DNA of 46,763 nt from a virus. Its lineage: Duplodnaviria > Caudoviricetes. Under the pieces are notes generated by a model that saw only the letters and a program-made list of their open reading frames with translations, did not search any database and was not told the DNA's origin. The stretch spans positions 1-46,763 of the IMG/VR virus record IMGVR_UViG_3300005805_000140, one strand, 5' to 3'. Positions 17,965 through 27,243 of the stretch are shown here, in pieces. The position numbers and the translations under genes were made by a program. Each line of letters begins with the position of its first letter. Within the stretch, counting starts at the first letter, position 1.

Positions 17965-18687
17965 ATGAAGGACAACTTACAAGACTTGATTCAATATACA
18001 CATGGACTGGGCGTCATCGATCTCATCAAGGTCGTTGGCTCTGATAAGCAAACTGTAATCACGGCAGTAGCAGAAGACAAAAGCGTGGTCGTTGAGGGCA
18101 CATTGAAGGCTCCATTAGCAGATTTCATCGGTACTTTCGGTATGCCTAATCTCGCTAAACTCAAGACGATTCTCGGTTTCGATGATTACGATGACAATGC
18201 TAAGATCAATGTCACTCATAACAAAGATGGAATACCTAGCGCAATTCACTTTGAGACTAAGGTGGGCGATTTCGTCAATGACTATCGGTTGATGAGCAAG
18301 GCTATCGTTGAAGAAAAGATTAAGAACTTTACTTTCAAGGGCGCAAAGTGGGATGTTGAGTTTGAACCTACTATCGCTGGTATCATGCGCTTGAAGAAGC
18401 AGGCTCAGGCTAATAGCGAAGAAGTTCATTTCGTCACTAAGACTGACAAGGGCGATCTAAAGATTTATTTCGGTGATGCTTCAACTCACAGCGGTAACTT
18501 TGTATTTCACTCAGATGTGAGTGGTACGCTTGGTCGTGCATGGCAGTGGCCTGTCAAGGTCTTCTTGGCTATCATGGACTTGCCGGGCGAGAAGACTGTT
18601 CGCATCAGCGATCAGGGTGCAGCAGAGATCACCGTCGATAGCGGTCTTGCGACTTATCGTTATCTTCTCCCAGCACAGGCAAAATGA
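17965..18687 (+). CDS. Probable DNA polymerase sliding clamp (gp45-like)
   Basis: 240 aa, directly after the polymerase, two-domain alternating beta/alpha pattern, ends YRYLLPAQ. Confidence 0.7.
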   Translation: MKDNLQDLIQYTHGLGVIDLIKVVGSDKQTVITAVAEDKSVVVEGTLKAPLADFIGTFGMPNLAKLKTILGFDDYDDNAKINVTHNKDGIPSAIHFETKVGDFVNDYRLMSKAIVEEKIKNFTFKGAKWDVEFEPTIAGIMRLKKQAQANSEEVHFVTKTDKGDLKIYFGDASTHSGNFVFHSDVSGTLGRAWQWPVKVFLAIMDLPGEKTVRISDQGAAEITVDSGLATYRYLLPAQAK

Positions 18688-19022
18688 TAAAGATACAGTC
18701 ATCATCATATCCCATAGTATGGCAGATAGATAACAGTTATCTACTGCCTGCTCAGTCGGGACAAGTGCGTTGGAATGGGGGCGCAAAACATTTTGAAGTC
18801 TGTGATAATCAGAGTGGTTCGTGGTACAAGATCAACAATACTGTAGAACTGACCGCTGACCCTATGCATCAAGAAATCATGAGTTGGGCTAAGAAAAAGA
18901 TGGAAGAAGATAAAAAATTAGAACAACTCATCAAAGATTATCCAGCCGTCAAAGACACTAAAGAAAAACTAGATATCATAATTAAATTAGTACAAAACGA
19001 AGATGCAAATAGGACTGGGTAA
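18684..19022 (+). CDS. Hypothetical protein
   Basis: ATGA overlap with the upstream gene; 112 aa. Confidence 0.7.
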   Translation: MIKIQSSSYPIVWQIDNSYLLPAQSGQVRWNGGAKHFEVCDNQSGSWYKINNTVELTADPMHQEIMSWAKKKMEEDKKLEQLIKDYPAVKDTKEKLDIIIKLVQNEDANRTG

Positions 19023-19686
19023 AAACTTTCAAACAAACGCCTTAGGTGCATACAGTAAAGAAGGTTGCGACCTAGTGTTTATTCCTATTTTTAAGAATGC
19101 GCACACATGGGGCGTACAATTCTTAAAAACTAATTATAATTTTTCTAAATTAGATAAACCTATAACAACTACTACAGACCAATTTAAATATCTAGTATTT
19201 TTGCGTGATCCTATAGAAAGATGGTACAGTGGTGCTGCGCAATGTTTATGGGGCACATATCTAGATAATAGACACCACGAAGAAGTATTACTAGATCAAA
19301 ATACAATCAAATTTATGTTTTCTGCCGTGCGGTTAGATCCTCATACAGATTTACAGCGCCGTTTTGTTATGAATCTAAACTTCTTTGATGTATACTTTTT
19401 TAATCTTAGCGACACAAGATTTTATTCAAATCTAACTCAATGGTTGCATAATATGGATAAAGTTTTTAATTTAAACAAAACAGATACAGCATTTGTAGAA
19501 TCAGATCCCGTCAATACTTCAGAAGATTCTAAATTAAAAACCTCTATCATAGAACAATTAAAATTGGCTGCGAAAAAGAATCCGGAGTACATAGAAAATT
19601 TAAAAAATTTCTATAAGCCTGATTATGAATTGTTAGAATACTCCTCTAGGTTCATGTATAATAAAGGTAAATGGCCGTGGAAATAA
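19003..19686 (+). CDS. Sulfotransferase-family protein (Sulfotransfer_2-like)
   Basis: FIPIFKNAHT (5'-PSB-like), FLRDPIERWYS (3'-PB), FYKPDYEL. Confidence 0.65.
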   Translation: MQIGLGKNFQTNALGAYSKEGCDLVFIPIFKNAHTWGVQFLKTNYNFSKLDKPITTTTDQFKYLVFLRDPIERWYSGAAQCLWGTYLDNRHHEEVLLDQNTIKFMFSAVRLDPHTDLQRRFVMNLNFFDVYFFNLSDTRFYSNLTQWLHNMDKVFNLNKTDTAFVESDPVNTSEDSKLKTSIIEQLKLAAKKNPEYIENLKNFYKPDYELLEYSSRFMYNKGKWPWK

Positions 19687-21218
19687 AACACAATTTAAGT
19701 AAAAATCACAACAAAGACTGGGCATTATTCTTGCCCGCTATGAGTAGTTTTTTCATCACGGGTCTAGGTAAGCAGCGTGAAGGTGAGAAATATTTTCCCG
19801 ATGACCGCATACCTGCAGGATTCAATGGCGATGTCGAATGTCTTAACTTCTTAAACAGCAAGCAAGGTCTATACACTTACAAGTGGGCATTGTATTCAGC
19901 AGGTCACGCTAATCTTGATACCTCTGTTGACGATCCAGCAGAGAGCATCATTCGCAAGCGTGAGCGTGGTACATTCATGCTAGGTGATTCAGGTGGTTTC
20001 CAGATCATGAAGGGTCAATGGCCCGCTGACTGGAAGGATAGCAACTGTCCTAAAGCCATGAAGCAACGACAACTTGTATTGAAGTGGATGGATACATACA
20101 TGGACTATGGTATGTGTCTTGATGTGCCCTCACAGACTATACGCAATCAACATCTATATGATAAGCATGGTATTCGCACTATCGAAGATGCTGTGAAGGC
20201 TACGCATATCAACAACGAATATTTCATCAACAACCGTAACGGTGAATGCAAGTTCTTGAATGTGTTGCAGGGATTGAATCATACACAGAGCGATCAGTGG
20301 TATGATGAGATGAAGAAGTATTGCGATCCTAAAGTCTATCCACATAATCATTTCAATGGTTGGGCTTTCGGGGGTCAGAACAAGATCGATATTCACTTGA
20401 TGCTAAAGCGCATCGTCAACATCATGCATGATGGATTGCTTGAGCCAGGCAAGCATGACTTGATTCACTGCCTCGGTACTAGCATCTTAGAATATGCGGT
20501 ATTGTTCAGCGATATCCAACGAGCAGTTCGCAAATATCATAATCCTAATTTGCAAATCACATTCGACTGCGCAAGCCCGTTCTATAGTGCTGCTAAAGGT
20601 CTAGCATACTTTCAGAATAATATCAATCATGATACTAAGTGGTCTTACAGCATGGAAAAGACTGCTGAGAAAAAGAGTTATGCTACAGACAACCGTAAGT
20701 TCAGCGATGCAGTGTTGGCTGATGGCATACACAAGTCGTTCCAAGATAGTCCTGTCACTGACCGCATGTTGATCAGAGATTTGTGCTATCGTGGTGTAGG
20801 TTTCTTAGGTGCGCATGGTAAAGAGACAAAGACGAGCTGGGATACATTGAGTTATACATTGTTGCAAGCACATAATGTATATCAACATATCACTGCCGTG
20901 CAAGAGGCTAACCGTCAGTATGATAATGGCGTGATTCCTGCCATGGTGATGAATGAGACATTTGAGAAAATTCATTTCGGTACTATCGTTGATGAGATTT
21001 TCTCATTAAAAGATAGACAAAAAAGTTTGGATCTAATCGATAAGTATGATAAGTTCTGGATGCAGATGAAATCTGGTAGCCAGGGATTCAGCGGTAAACG
21101 GACAGTTAATGCCTTGACAATGTTCGATCAATTGTTTACAGTAGAAGATACTGCGACAGATAACGAAGATACTGAGGAAGATACTGACGAACTAATGTCA
21201 CAAAATCTGGAGAATTGA
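19671..21218 (+). CDS. dpdA: DpdA / tRNA-guanine-transglycosylase-like DNA deazaguanine transglycosylase
   Basis: TGT catalytic motifs MLGDSGGFQ, LDVP, NVLQG, GWAFGG, IHCLG, TFDCAS; lies in a folE/queD/queE neighbourhood. Confidence 0.85.
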   Translation: MAVEIKHNLSKNHNKDWALFLPAMSSFFITGLGKQREGEKYFPDDRIPAGFNGDVECLNFLNSKQGLYTYKWALYSAGHANLDTSVDDPAESIIRKRERGTFMLGDSGGFQIMKGQWPADWKDSNCPKAMKQRQLVLKWMDTYMDYGMCLDVPSQTIRNQHLYDKHGIRTIEDAVKATHINNEYFINNRNGECKFLNVLQGLNHTQSDQWYDEMKKYCDPKVYPHNHFNGWAFGGQNKIDIHLMLKRIVNIMHDGLLEPGKHDLIHCLGTSILEYAVLFSDIQRAVRKYHNPNLQITFDCASPFYSAAKGLAYFQNNINHDTKWSYSMEKTAEKKSYATDNRKFSDAVLADGIHKSFQDSPVTDRMLIRDLCYRGVGFLGAHGKETKTSWDTLSYTLLQAHNVYQHITAVQEANRQYDNGVIPAMVMNETFEKIHFGTIVDEIFSLKDRQKSLDLIDKYDKFWMQMKSGSQGFSGKRTVNALTMFDQLFTVEDTATDNEDTEEDTDELMSQNLEN

Positions 21219-21219
21219 T

Positions 21220-21393
21220 ATGTCATACGATAATCAGATTAGGATCTTAGAATCAAAACTCAAACAATTAGAACAAGGTACCGATAAGAAAGACCTCGAA
21301 CAGATGGCAAAGATCATTAGTGATCTGCGCCGTTTGCGTAGACTAAAGTGGGAAGAAGAGCATGAACGAGTCGGATACGATGACGAACGATAA
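21220..21393 (+). CDS. Small coiled-coil protein (57 aa), not in the ORF track
   Basis: GGAG RBS; MSYDNQIRILESKLKQLE...GYDDER. Confidence 0.65.
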   Translation: MSYDNQIRILESKLKQLEQGTDKKDLEQMAKIISDLRRLRRLKWEEEHERVGYDDER

Positions 21394-21556
21394 CATCGTC
21401 TTCAATACTGGTTCCGCAACAGAAATGTTGCGTGTAGCCAAAGATGGATTTTATATTCGTGGTGTGAAAATAGAGCAAGACGAGAAAGAAGCAGAAAAGG
21501 TATACAATGCCTTTCATCAATGGTTAACATGGGCAACACTTAATAGGAATTATTAA
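21380..21556 (+). CDS. Hypothetical protein
   Basis: In-frame ATG 21380 within the track ORF 21362..21556. Confidence 0.6.
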   Translation: MTNDNIVFNTGSATEMLRVAKDGFYIRGVKIEQDEKEAEKVYNAFHQWLTWATLNRNY

Positions 21557-21557
21557 T

Positions 21558-22019
21558 ATGGAACAGCAAGTAGATCAAGCACTTTTTGAGAAACGAGTAC
21601 GAATCAAAGAACAGGCTAAACGCATGATATGGGTCACATTCCGTAAGGAAGGTATTCACAAGTACCCTGCTGCATTAGATGACCCTAAACTAAAGACTGG
21701 AGATGAGTATGATGTTTCGTTTTTGGGCTACCCTCATAGGCATATTTTTCATTTTAATGTTGCCATTCAAGTTTTCCACAACGACCGAGACATTGAATTC
21801 ATTCAGTTCAAAAGGTGGTTGGAAAAATTGTATAGTGGCGACCAAGGTGTATTGTCACTGGACTATAAGAGTTGCGAGATGATTAGCGATGACCTCTATG
21901 AGCAAATCGCTAGTCGTTATCCAAACCGCGATGTAGAAATTACCGTCTCGGAAGATGGTGAGAACGGTGCTACCATCGTGTATAATACAACTAGACCTCT
22001 TCAATATTTGAGTATCTAA
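21558..22019 (+). CDS. QueD-like T-fold protein, DpdL-type (predicted CDG decarboxylase)
   Basis: LGYPHRHIF replaces the QueD CxxxHGH motif; also DIEF, SCEMI and VSEDGENGA. Confidence 0.7.
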   Translation: MEQQVDQALFEKRVRIKEQAKRMIWVTFRKEGIHKYPAALDDPKLKTGDEYDVSFLGYPHRHIFHFNVAIQVFHNDRDIEFIQFKRWLEKLYSGDQGVLSLDYKSCEMISDDLYEQIASRYPNRDVEITVSEDGENGATIVYNTTRPLQYLSI

Positions 22020-22033
22020 TTGTACCATAAGCG

Positions 22034-22062
22034 TTGTTATATGATATCATATGTTGTATAAT
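22034..22062 (+). promoter_or_regulatory. Sigma70-type promoter with a 14-bp palindrome in the spacer
   Basis: TTGTTA-17-TATAAT; ATATGATATCATAT at 22039-22052. Confidence 0.55.
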
Positions 22063-22100
22063 AACTTTGTGTTTAACTTTAACAAAAACAGGAGTTACTA

Positions 22101-22307
22101 ATGGCTAAGTTTGACAACAAAAGGGACAACCGTGTTCAGCAGATTTTTGAGGACTTGGAAAAGTATCTTGATTTCTGCCGCGACTATGGTTATAAGTTTG
22201 ACGAGTCTGATCTTTATAGTCAGCGTAGTTTTGCTTATCGTCAGTTTTGTAAATTTGTAGCCGGTAAGCCAGCCAAGGATAACTGGGCTGCTGATGCAAA
22301 GGCCTGA
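22101..22307 (+). CDS. Hypothetical protein
   Basis: AGGAG RBS; 68 aa. Confidence 0.75.
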   Translation: MAKFDNKRDNRVQQIFEDLEKYLDFCRDYGYKFDESDLYSQRSFAYRQFCKFVAGKPAKDNWAADAKA

Positions 22308-22323
22308 TGTTATCAAAGTGAAT

Positions 22324-22339
22324 GGGGGTTTCGACCCCC
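22324..22339 (+). other. Stable UUCG-tetraloop hairpin without a U-tract
   Basis: GGGGGT-TTCG-ACCCCC, extendable by GTGA/TCAC. Confidence 0.7.
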
Positions 22340-22360
22340 TCTCACCATATAGGAGTTTAA

Positions 22361-23533
22361 ATGCGTAGATTATTTTACATGGGCTTAGAGCCCTACAAAG
22401 CAAGATATACATTACAATTACAAAACTGGAATGAAACAGTCTTCAAAAGACGAGGTATCGATTATGTGGTCGTACCTGGTCATACCTTATCCAGCGATCA
22501 GAATATCGTCACTGGTCAAGTGCTTGATGCGCATGGTCGCACATACTACAGCCTCACACAGATGGCTGCGTTGGTCAAGATGATGAAAGAAGGTCAGTTG
22601 ACTAATGAAGATGTGATCTATTTCGAGGATATGTATACTAGTGGTATCGACAGTATCCCATATATCCTCAAGCAAGTACCTAAACAATATCGCCCTAAGG
22701 TATATGTTCGTTGTCTAGCACAGACTATCGATCCAGATGACTTCTTACATGTATGGGACATGCAGGGTTTCATGCGTAAGTATGAAGAGATGGTCAATGA
22801 ATTCGTTGATGGTGTATTGGCTACTAATGAAGAGATGGTCATGCATATGAAGGTTGCGGGTTGGAAGGCCCCGATCTATAATATCAGTGGTCTAGCATTC
22901 GGCAAAGATGAAGTTCGCAGCCGTGTCAAATCTATCAAGCCTTTTGATCTGCGCAAGCGCCGTGTAGTGTTTGCTGCACGATGGGATCAAGAGAAGCAGC
23001 CTGACTTCTTCATGGACATCGTTGATGAATATACTAGCGTCATGAACGGTGATGTTGAATTCGCATTGTTGAGCGGCGCCAAGTTGCGTAGCAATAATAG
23101 TTCTTACATGGAACGAACATTAGATTTAGAGCGTCAGGGTAAACTCAAGATTTATAGCGATCTTGACAAGAACGAATATTATGAGTTGTTGAATGACAGC
23201 CGTGTATTGTTCAACTGCGCACTACAAGACTGGGTGAGCAATACAGTCAGCGAGGCTGATGCATTAGGCTGTAATGTGATCTATCCTGCATATCGCAGTT
23301 TTCCTGAGACATTCGCTAACGATCATACTAGGATGTATATCCCTTGGTCTAAGGTAGATGCATTGAACAAACTCAATCAGGCTATCTATAACCCAAGCCG
23401 TCATATCGGTAAAATTAGCGACTGGAATGATAAGACGATAGATAGAATATGCGACATCCTTGAAGGCAAGGGTGAGCAATGGTTGCGTATGAGTACAGAT
23501 TATCGTAATCATACGAGAGAAAGCAAATATTAA
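22361..23533 (+). CDS. GT-B glycosyltransferase
   Basis: VFAARWDQEKQP and SNTVSEADALG..IYP motifs of the GT-B C-domain. Confidence 0.8.
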   Translation: MRRLFYMGLEPYKARYTLQLQNWNETVFKRRGIDYVVVPGHTLSSDQNIVTGQVLDAHGRTYYSLTQMAALVKMMKEGQLTNEDVIYFEDMYTSGIDSIPYILKQVPKQYRPKVYVRCLAQTIDPDDFLHVWDMQGFMRKYEEMVNEFVDGVLATNEEMVMHMKVAGWKAPIYNISGLAFGKDEVRSRVKSIKPFDLRKRRVVFAARWDQEKQPDFFMDIVDEYTSVMNGDVEFALLSGAKLRSNNSSYMERTLDLERQGKLKIYSDLDKNEYYELLNDSRVLFNCALQDWVSNTVSEADALGCNVIYPAYRSFPETFANDHTRMYIPWSKVDALNKLNQAIYNPSRHIGKISDWNDKTIDRICDILEGKGEQWLRMSTDYRNHTRESKY

Positions 23534-23546
23534 TAGGAGAAAAAAT

Positions 23547-23735
23547 ATGAGCGCACATAATGATATCAACACACATTTGGAAGCATATCTTGCTGAACAT
23601 GAGAAGTTTGAGAAGGGCAACAATGCTGCCGGCACACGCGCCCGTAAGGCTCTTGGTGAACTCGCTAAGGCAGTAAAGGCTCGCCGCAACGAAATCACTG
23701 CTACTAAGAATGCCCGCAAGGAAGCAAAGGCTTAA
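23547..23735 (+). CDS. Histone H1-like (Hc1-family) small basic protein
   Basis: KFEKGNNAAGTRARKALGELAK...RNEI signature. Confidence 0.75.
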   Translation: MSAHNDINTHLEAYLAEHEKFEKGNNAAGTRARKALGELAKAVKARRNEITATKNARKEAKA

Positions 23736-23738
23736 TAA

Positions 23739-24842
23739 ATGCGCATTGAAGAAGATATCAAACTAGACTTCAAGGATGTGCTGATACGCCCAAAACGTAG
23801 CACATTGTCCAGTCGCAAGGAAGTCGATTTGAATCGTACCTTCAAGTTCAAGCACAGTGGTTGGGAATGGACTGGCGTTCCCATCATGGCTGCAAACATG
23901 GACGGTGTAGGTACATTCGATATGGCTGAGGCATTGTATGGGCATCGTATGTTCACATGCTTAGTCAAATCATATAATGAAGATGAATTTGGGCCCACTA
24001 TCGACAAGATTGGCGGGAACTATCTTGCAGTAAGCACAGGCACAAATGAAAAAGATTTCCAGCGACTAGCAAGGATAATCAATACTTATCCTGAGATTCA
24101 TTTTATATGTGTCGATGTGGCTAATGGGTATAGTGACAGTTTCGGGGACTTCATCGAAAAGGTCCGTACTGCATGGCCCACGCATACCATCATTGCAGGT
24201 AATGTTGTTACCGCAGACATGACACAAGAATTGATATTACGGGGAGCAGATATTGTTAAAGTGGGGATTGGTCCTGGCAGCGTTTGTACTACTCGCATTC
24301 AAACTGGTGTGGGGTACCCTCAACTTAGCGCAATTATTGAATGCGCCGATGCTGCTCACGGCCTTGGTGGTCATATTATTGCTGATGGTGGATGTACTTG
24401 TCCTGGTGATGTTAGTAAGGCTTTTGGTGCTGGTGCTGACTTCGTGATGCTAGGCGGTATGCTTGCCGGACATGATGAAGGTGGTGGCAACATCGTAAAG
24501 AAGTATTTTGATGTGGGACAATACTTTATTGCTGGTGAAGACAGATTGGGAGTATCAGACTATCAGCCTGTCATCCAAGCAAAGGAGTTTGTAAACTTCT
24601 ATGGTATGAGTAGTGACACTGCTATGAACAAGCATCATGGTGGCGTTGCGAATTATCGTAGCAGTGAAGGTCGTACGGTAGAAGTACCGTATCGCGGGCC
24701 AGTCAATAAGACTGTGCTTGATCTGTTGGGCGGTATACGCAGCACATGCACATATGTGGGCGCGAATACTTTAAAGAATCTTAGCAAGTGTACTACATTT
24801 GTCAGAGTGACTCAACAATTTAATAATGTGTTTGTTAAGTAA
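23739..24842 (+). CDS. guaC: GMP reductase
   Basis: [54 protein letters not shown]. Confidence 0.95.
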   Translation: MRIEEDIKLDFKDVLIRPKRSTLSSRKEVDLNRTFKFKHSGWEWTGVPIMAANMDGVGTFDMAEALYGHRMFTCLVKSYNEDEFGPTIDKIGGNYLAVSTGTNEKDFQRLARIINTYPEIHFICVDVANGYSDSFGDFIEKVRTAWPTHTIIAGNVVTADMTQELILRGADIVKVGIGPGSVCTTRIQTGVGYPQLSAIIECADAAHGLGGHIIADGGCTCPGDVSKAFGAGADFVMLGGMLAGHDEGGGNIVKKYFDVGQYFIAGEDRLGVSDYQPVIQAKEFVNFYGMSSDTAMNKHHGGVANYRSSEGRTVEVPYRGPVNKTVLDLLGGIRSTCTYVGANTLKNLSKCTTFVRVTQQFNNVFVK

Positions 24843-24900
24843 TAAATACATATGCTACACAACGGTAGCAAACAATTTAACATTTTTATCCGTGTAAGGA
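24842..24900 (+). promoter_or_regulatory. Late promoter-like ATAAATA and a structured folE leader
   Basis: ATAAATA 24842-24848; hairpin TGCTAC-ACAACG-GTAGCA 24853-24870. Confidence 0.45.
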
Positions 24901-24912
24901 AGGAGAAACTAA

Positions 24913-25593
24913 ATGTCATACAATAAGACAAAAACAGACCCAGAACTTGGCAAACGAGTTCATGAACACCTAGTCAAAATGGGTGTTGAAACCCCAATCA
25001 AAAAACGCAATCTAGATCGTAAAGAACAGATTGATATCATCGAAGGTAACTTTGCTGAGATCATGAGGGCTTTAGGATTAGACTTGACCGATGACAGTTT
25101 GATCGATACACCCAAGCGTGTCGCTAAAATGTATGTCAATGAGATTTTCTGGGGTCTAGATTATGAAGCATTTCCAAAGTGTACGACTGTCGATAACAAG
25201 ATGCATTACAATGAAATGGTCGTTGAACGCAACGTTAGCGTCCAAAGTAATTGCGAACATCATTTTGTTATCATTGATGGTCTTGCTACTGTGGCTTATG
25301 TTCCGAAACAGAAAGTCCTCGGACTATCAAAAATTAATCGTATTGTTGAGTATTTCAGCAAGCGCCCTCAGATCCAAGAAAGACTTACCGAACAAATCTT
25401 CCACACTCTCCAGTTTATATTGGAGACTGAAGATGTTGCGGTAATGATTGACGCACAGCATTATTGCGTCAAGAGCCGCGGTGTTGAAGATACTGGTAGC
25501 AGCACAGTCACTAGCCGTCTTGGTGGTGGATTCAAGAACGATCCTGCTGCCCGCGCTGAGTTCTTAAACATTGCTATGAAGGGTTGCAAGTGA
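24913..25593 (+). CDS. folE: GTP cyclohydrolase I
   Basis: TPKRVAKMY, CEHH, GLSKINRIV, RPQIQERLT, HYCVKSRG. Confidence 0.97.
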   Translation: MSYNKTKTDPELGKRVHEHLVKMGVETPIKKRNLDRKEQIDIIEGNFAEIMRALGLDLTDDSLIDTPKRVAKMYVNEIFWGLDYEAFPKCTTVDNKMHYNEMVVERNVSVQSNCEHHFVIIDGLATVAYVPKQKVLGLSKINRIVEYFSKRPQIQERLTEQIFHTLQFILETEDVAVMIDAQHYCVKSRGVEDTGSSTVTSRLGGGFKNDPAARAEFLNIAMKGCK

Positions 25594-25784
25594 GTGATTT
25601 TAATGACCAACTATTCACAAGAGTCTGTACATTAGAAGCACAGATGGAACTGCAAAACAAGAAATTGTGGGATGCAGAACAAAAACTTGTGAACATCGAA
25701 AATCTGTTGCGCCAAGCACTAGATATCATCATTGATACTAACAAGGTGGCAAATGGGATTCAAGAAACCACTAGATCCAGATAG
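25590..25784 (+). CDS. Small coiled-coil hypothetical protein
   Basis: GTGA overlap with the folE stop. Confidence 0.55.
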   Translation: MSDFNDQLFTRVCTLEAQMELQNKKLWDAEQKLVNIENLLRQALDIIIDTNKVANGIQETTRSR

Positions 25785-25989
25785 CATCAAGATGCAATTG
25801 ATAAAGGCTCACGGAGAAATCTGTAGCCCTTACAATGATGGTTATACATCCTGGGAAACAAAAAAAGAATTGTATGATATCAAATTCTTATTGGAAGAAA
25901 TGATTAAAAGACAACCTACCTTTAGTGGTGAGGATGAATGGCTTATAGAGCAACATAAAAAACAGATGTGGAGCGAGTTAAAAAGATGA
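25753..25989 (+). CDS. Hypothetical protein
   Basis: AGGTGG RBS before ATG 25753. Confidence 0.65.
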   Translation: MGFKKPLDPDSIKMQLIKAHGEICSPYNDGYTSWETKKELYDIKFLLEEMIKRQPTFSGEDEWLIEQHKKQMWSELKR

Positions 25990-26459
25990 TATTCAATAAA
26001 GTAAAAGAACTTAAGGACAGGGGCTTGAAGATAGGTATCACATTCAGCCAGTTTGATCTGCTACATGCAGGTCATATCGCTATGCTTGCTGAAGCAAAGA
26101 ATCATTGCGATTATCTTATCGCAGGTTTGCAAAACAACGCACAGTGGGATAGACCACAAAAGAACGCGCCTATCCAAAGTCTAGTCGAAAGACAGATCCA
26201 ACTTAGCGCAGTCCGTTTCGTTGACGAGATCGTGGTATATAATACCGAGAAGGACCTTGAAGATATATTGTTGACACTACCCTTAGATATTAGAATTTTG
26301 GGTGTAGAGTATCAGCAACAAGAGTTTACTGGTCGCGCTATCTGCGAACGCCGAGGCATTGAATTGGTATTCAATGGGCGTGATCATAGTTTCAGCAGCA
26401 CAAATTTAAGAGAAAGGGTCTGGCAAGCAGAGAATACCAAACGATATAGTGAAAAATGA
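25986..26459 (+). CDS. Cytidylyltransferase (glycerol-3-phosphate CTP-transferase / TagD-like)
   Basis: FDLLHAGH (HxGH), CDYLIAGL, VDEIVVY, FSST. Confidence 0.88.
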   Translation: MIFNKVKELKDRGLKIGITFSQFDLLHAGHIAMLAEAKNHCDYLIAGLQNNAQWDRPQKNAPIQSLVERQIQLSAVRFVDEIVVYNTEKDLEDILLTLPLDIRILGVEYQQQEFTGRAICERRGIELVFNGRDHSFSSTNLRERVWQAENTKRYSEK

Positions 26460-26668
26460 ACAAACTTGATTTACATGGGGTTCGTCATAGTGAAGTAGAC
26501 TTATTGGTCGAGAACTTCATACTGATGAATCAGGGCGAATTCCCATTAGAAATCATTTGCGGAAATAGTGATAAAATGATAAAATTAGTACATGTAGTAA
26601 CTGACCGATTAGGTCTAGAGACACATATGTATAGATATGGTATAGTGACGGTGAGGCGATGGGTATAA
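26456..26668 (+). CDS. Small Smr-like domain protein
   Basis: LDLHG start and IICG motif. Confidence 0.6.
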   Translation: MNKLDLHGVRHSEVDLLVENFILMNQGEFPLEIICGNSDKMIKLVHVVTDRLGLETHMYRYGIVTVRRWV

Positions 26669-27069
26669 ACGAAAAAATCGAAAAGTATCAAAGCATACTA
26701 GGTATGTTTAGTGATAACAATGAGCGATATAAGTTTCTTATCGATATGGCTCGCAAGGCACAACCATTTCCAGACGAGTTTAGATTAGAGAATTTCAAGG
26801 TGAAGGGCTGCATGAGTCAAGTATGGCTTGTACCGAAACTTGAAGAAGGTGTGATAAAGTATCTATGTGATAGTGATGCTATGATAGTCAAGGGCACAGT
26901 CACATTGATCAGCGACATCTATTCGGGTAGTACTGCAAAAGAGATACTTGATAATGACCGTAACCTTATGGAAGAACTTGATCTAGGCAATATACTAAGC
27001 ATGAACAGGCGTAATGGTGCGTACAACATGCTATCGATGATCAAGGAACATGCTAAATTGTTCCAATAA
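26659..27069 (+). CDS. sufE: SufE-family Fe-S sulfur acceptor
   Basis: VKGCMSQVWL, DSDAMIVKG, LSMNRRNG. Confidence 0.92.
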   Translation: MGINEKIEKYQSILGMFSDNNERYKFLIDMARKAQPFPDEFRLENFKVKGCMSQVWLVPKLEEGVIKYLCDSDAMIVKGTVTLISDIYSGSTAKEILDNDRNLMEELDLGNILSMNRRNGAYNMLSMIKEHAKLFQ

Positions 27070-27078
27070 GGAGGCAGT

Positions 27079-27243
27079 ATGAAACTTACTTGGGAAAATA
27101 ATAAAGGGGATAAAGTGATCGTGACCTATGACAAGGACTGCATCACAGATACAGAAGTAGCATTAGATGCGAACATGGCTCTTGAGCCTATGTGGGAAAG
27201 TTTGAAGGCAAAGATTGTTGAGGAATACAATAAGAATGCCTAA
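27079..27243 (+). CDS. Small hypothetical protein (54 aa), not in the ORF track
   Basis: AGGAGG RBS; MKLTWENNKGDKVIVTYD...EEYNKNA. Confidence 0.7.
   Translation: MKLTWENNKGDKVIVTYDKDCITDTEVALDANMALEPMWESLKAKIVEEYNKNA

Noticed and set aside
22324-22345. Intrinsic terminator
   Set aside because: Strong stem but no following U-tract, so it is listed only as a hairpin.
24843-24912. preQ1 riboswitch before folE
   Set aside because: I could not match the preQ1-I stem, loop and A-rich tail pattern by eye.
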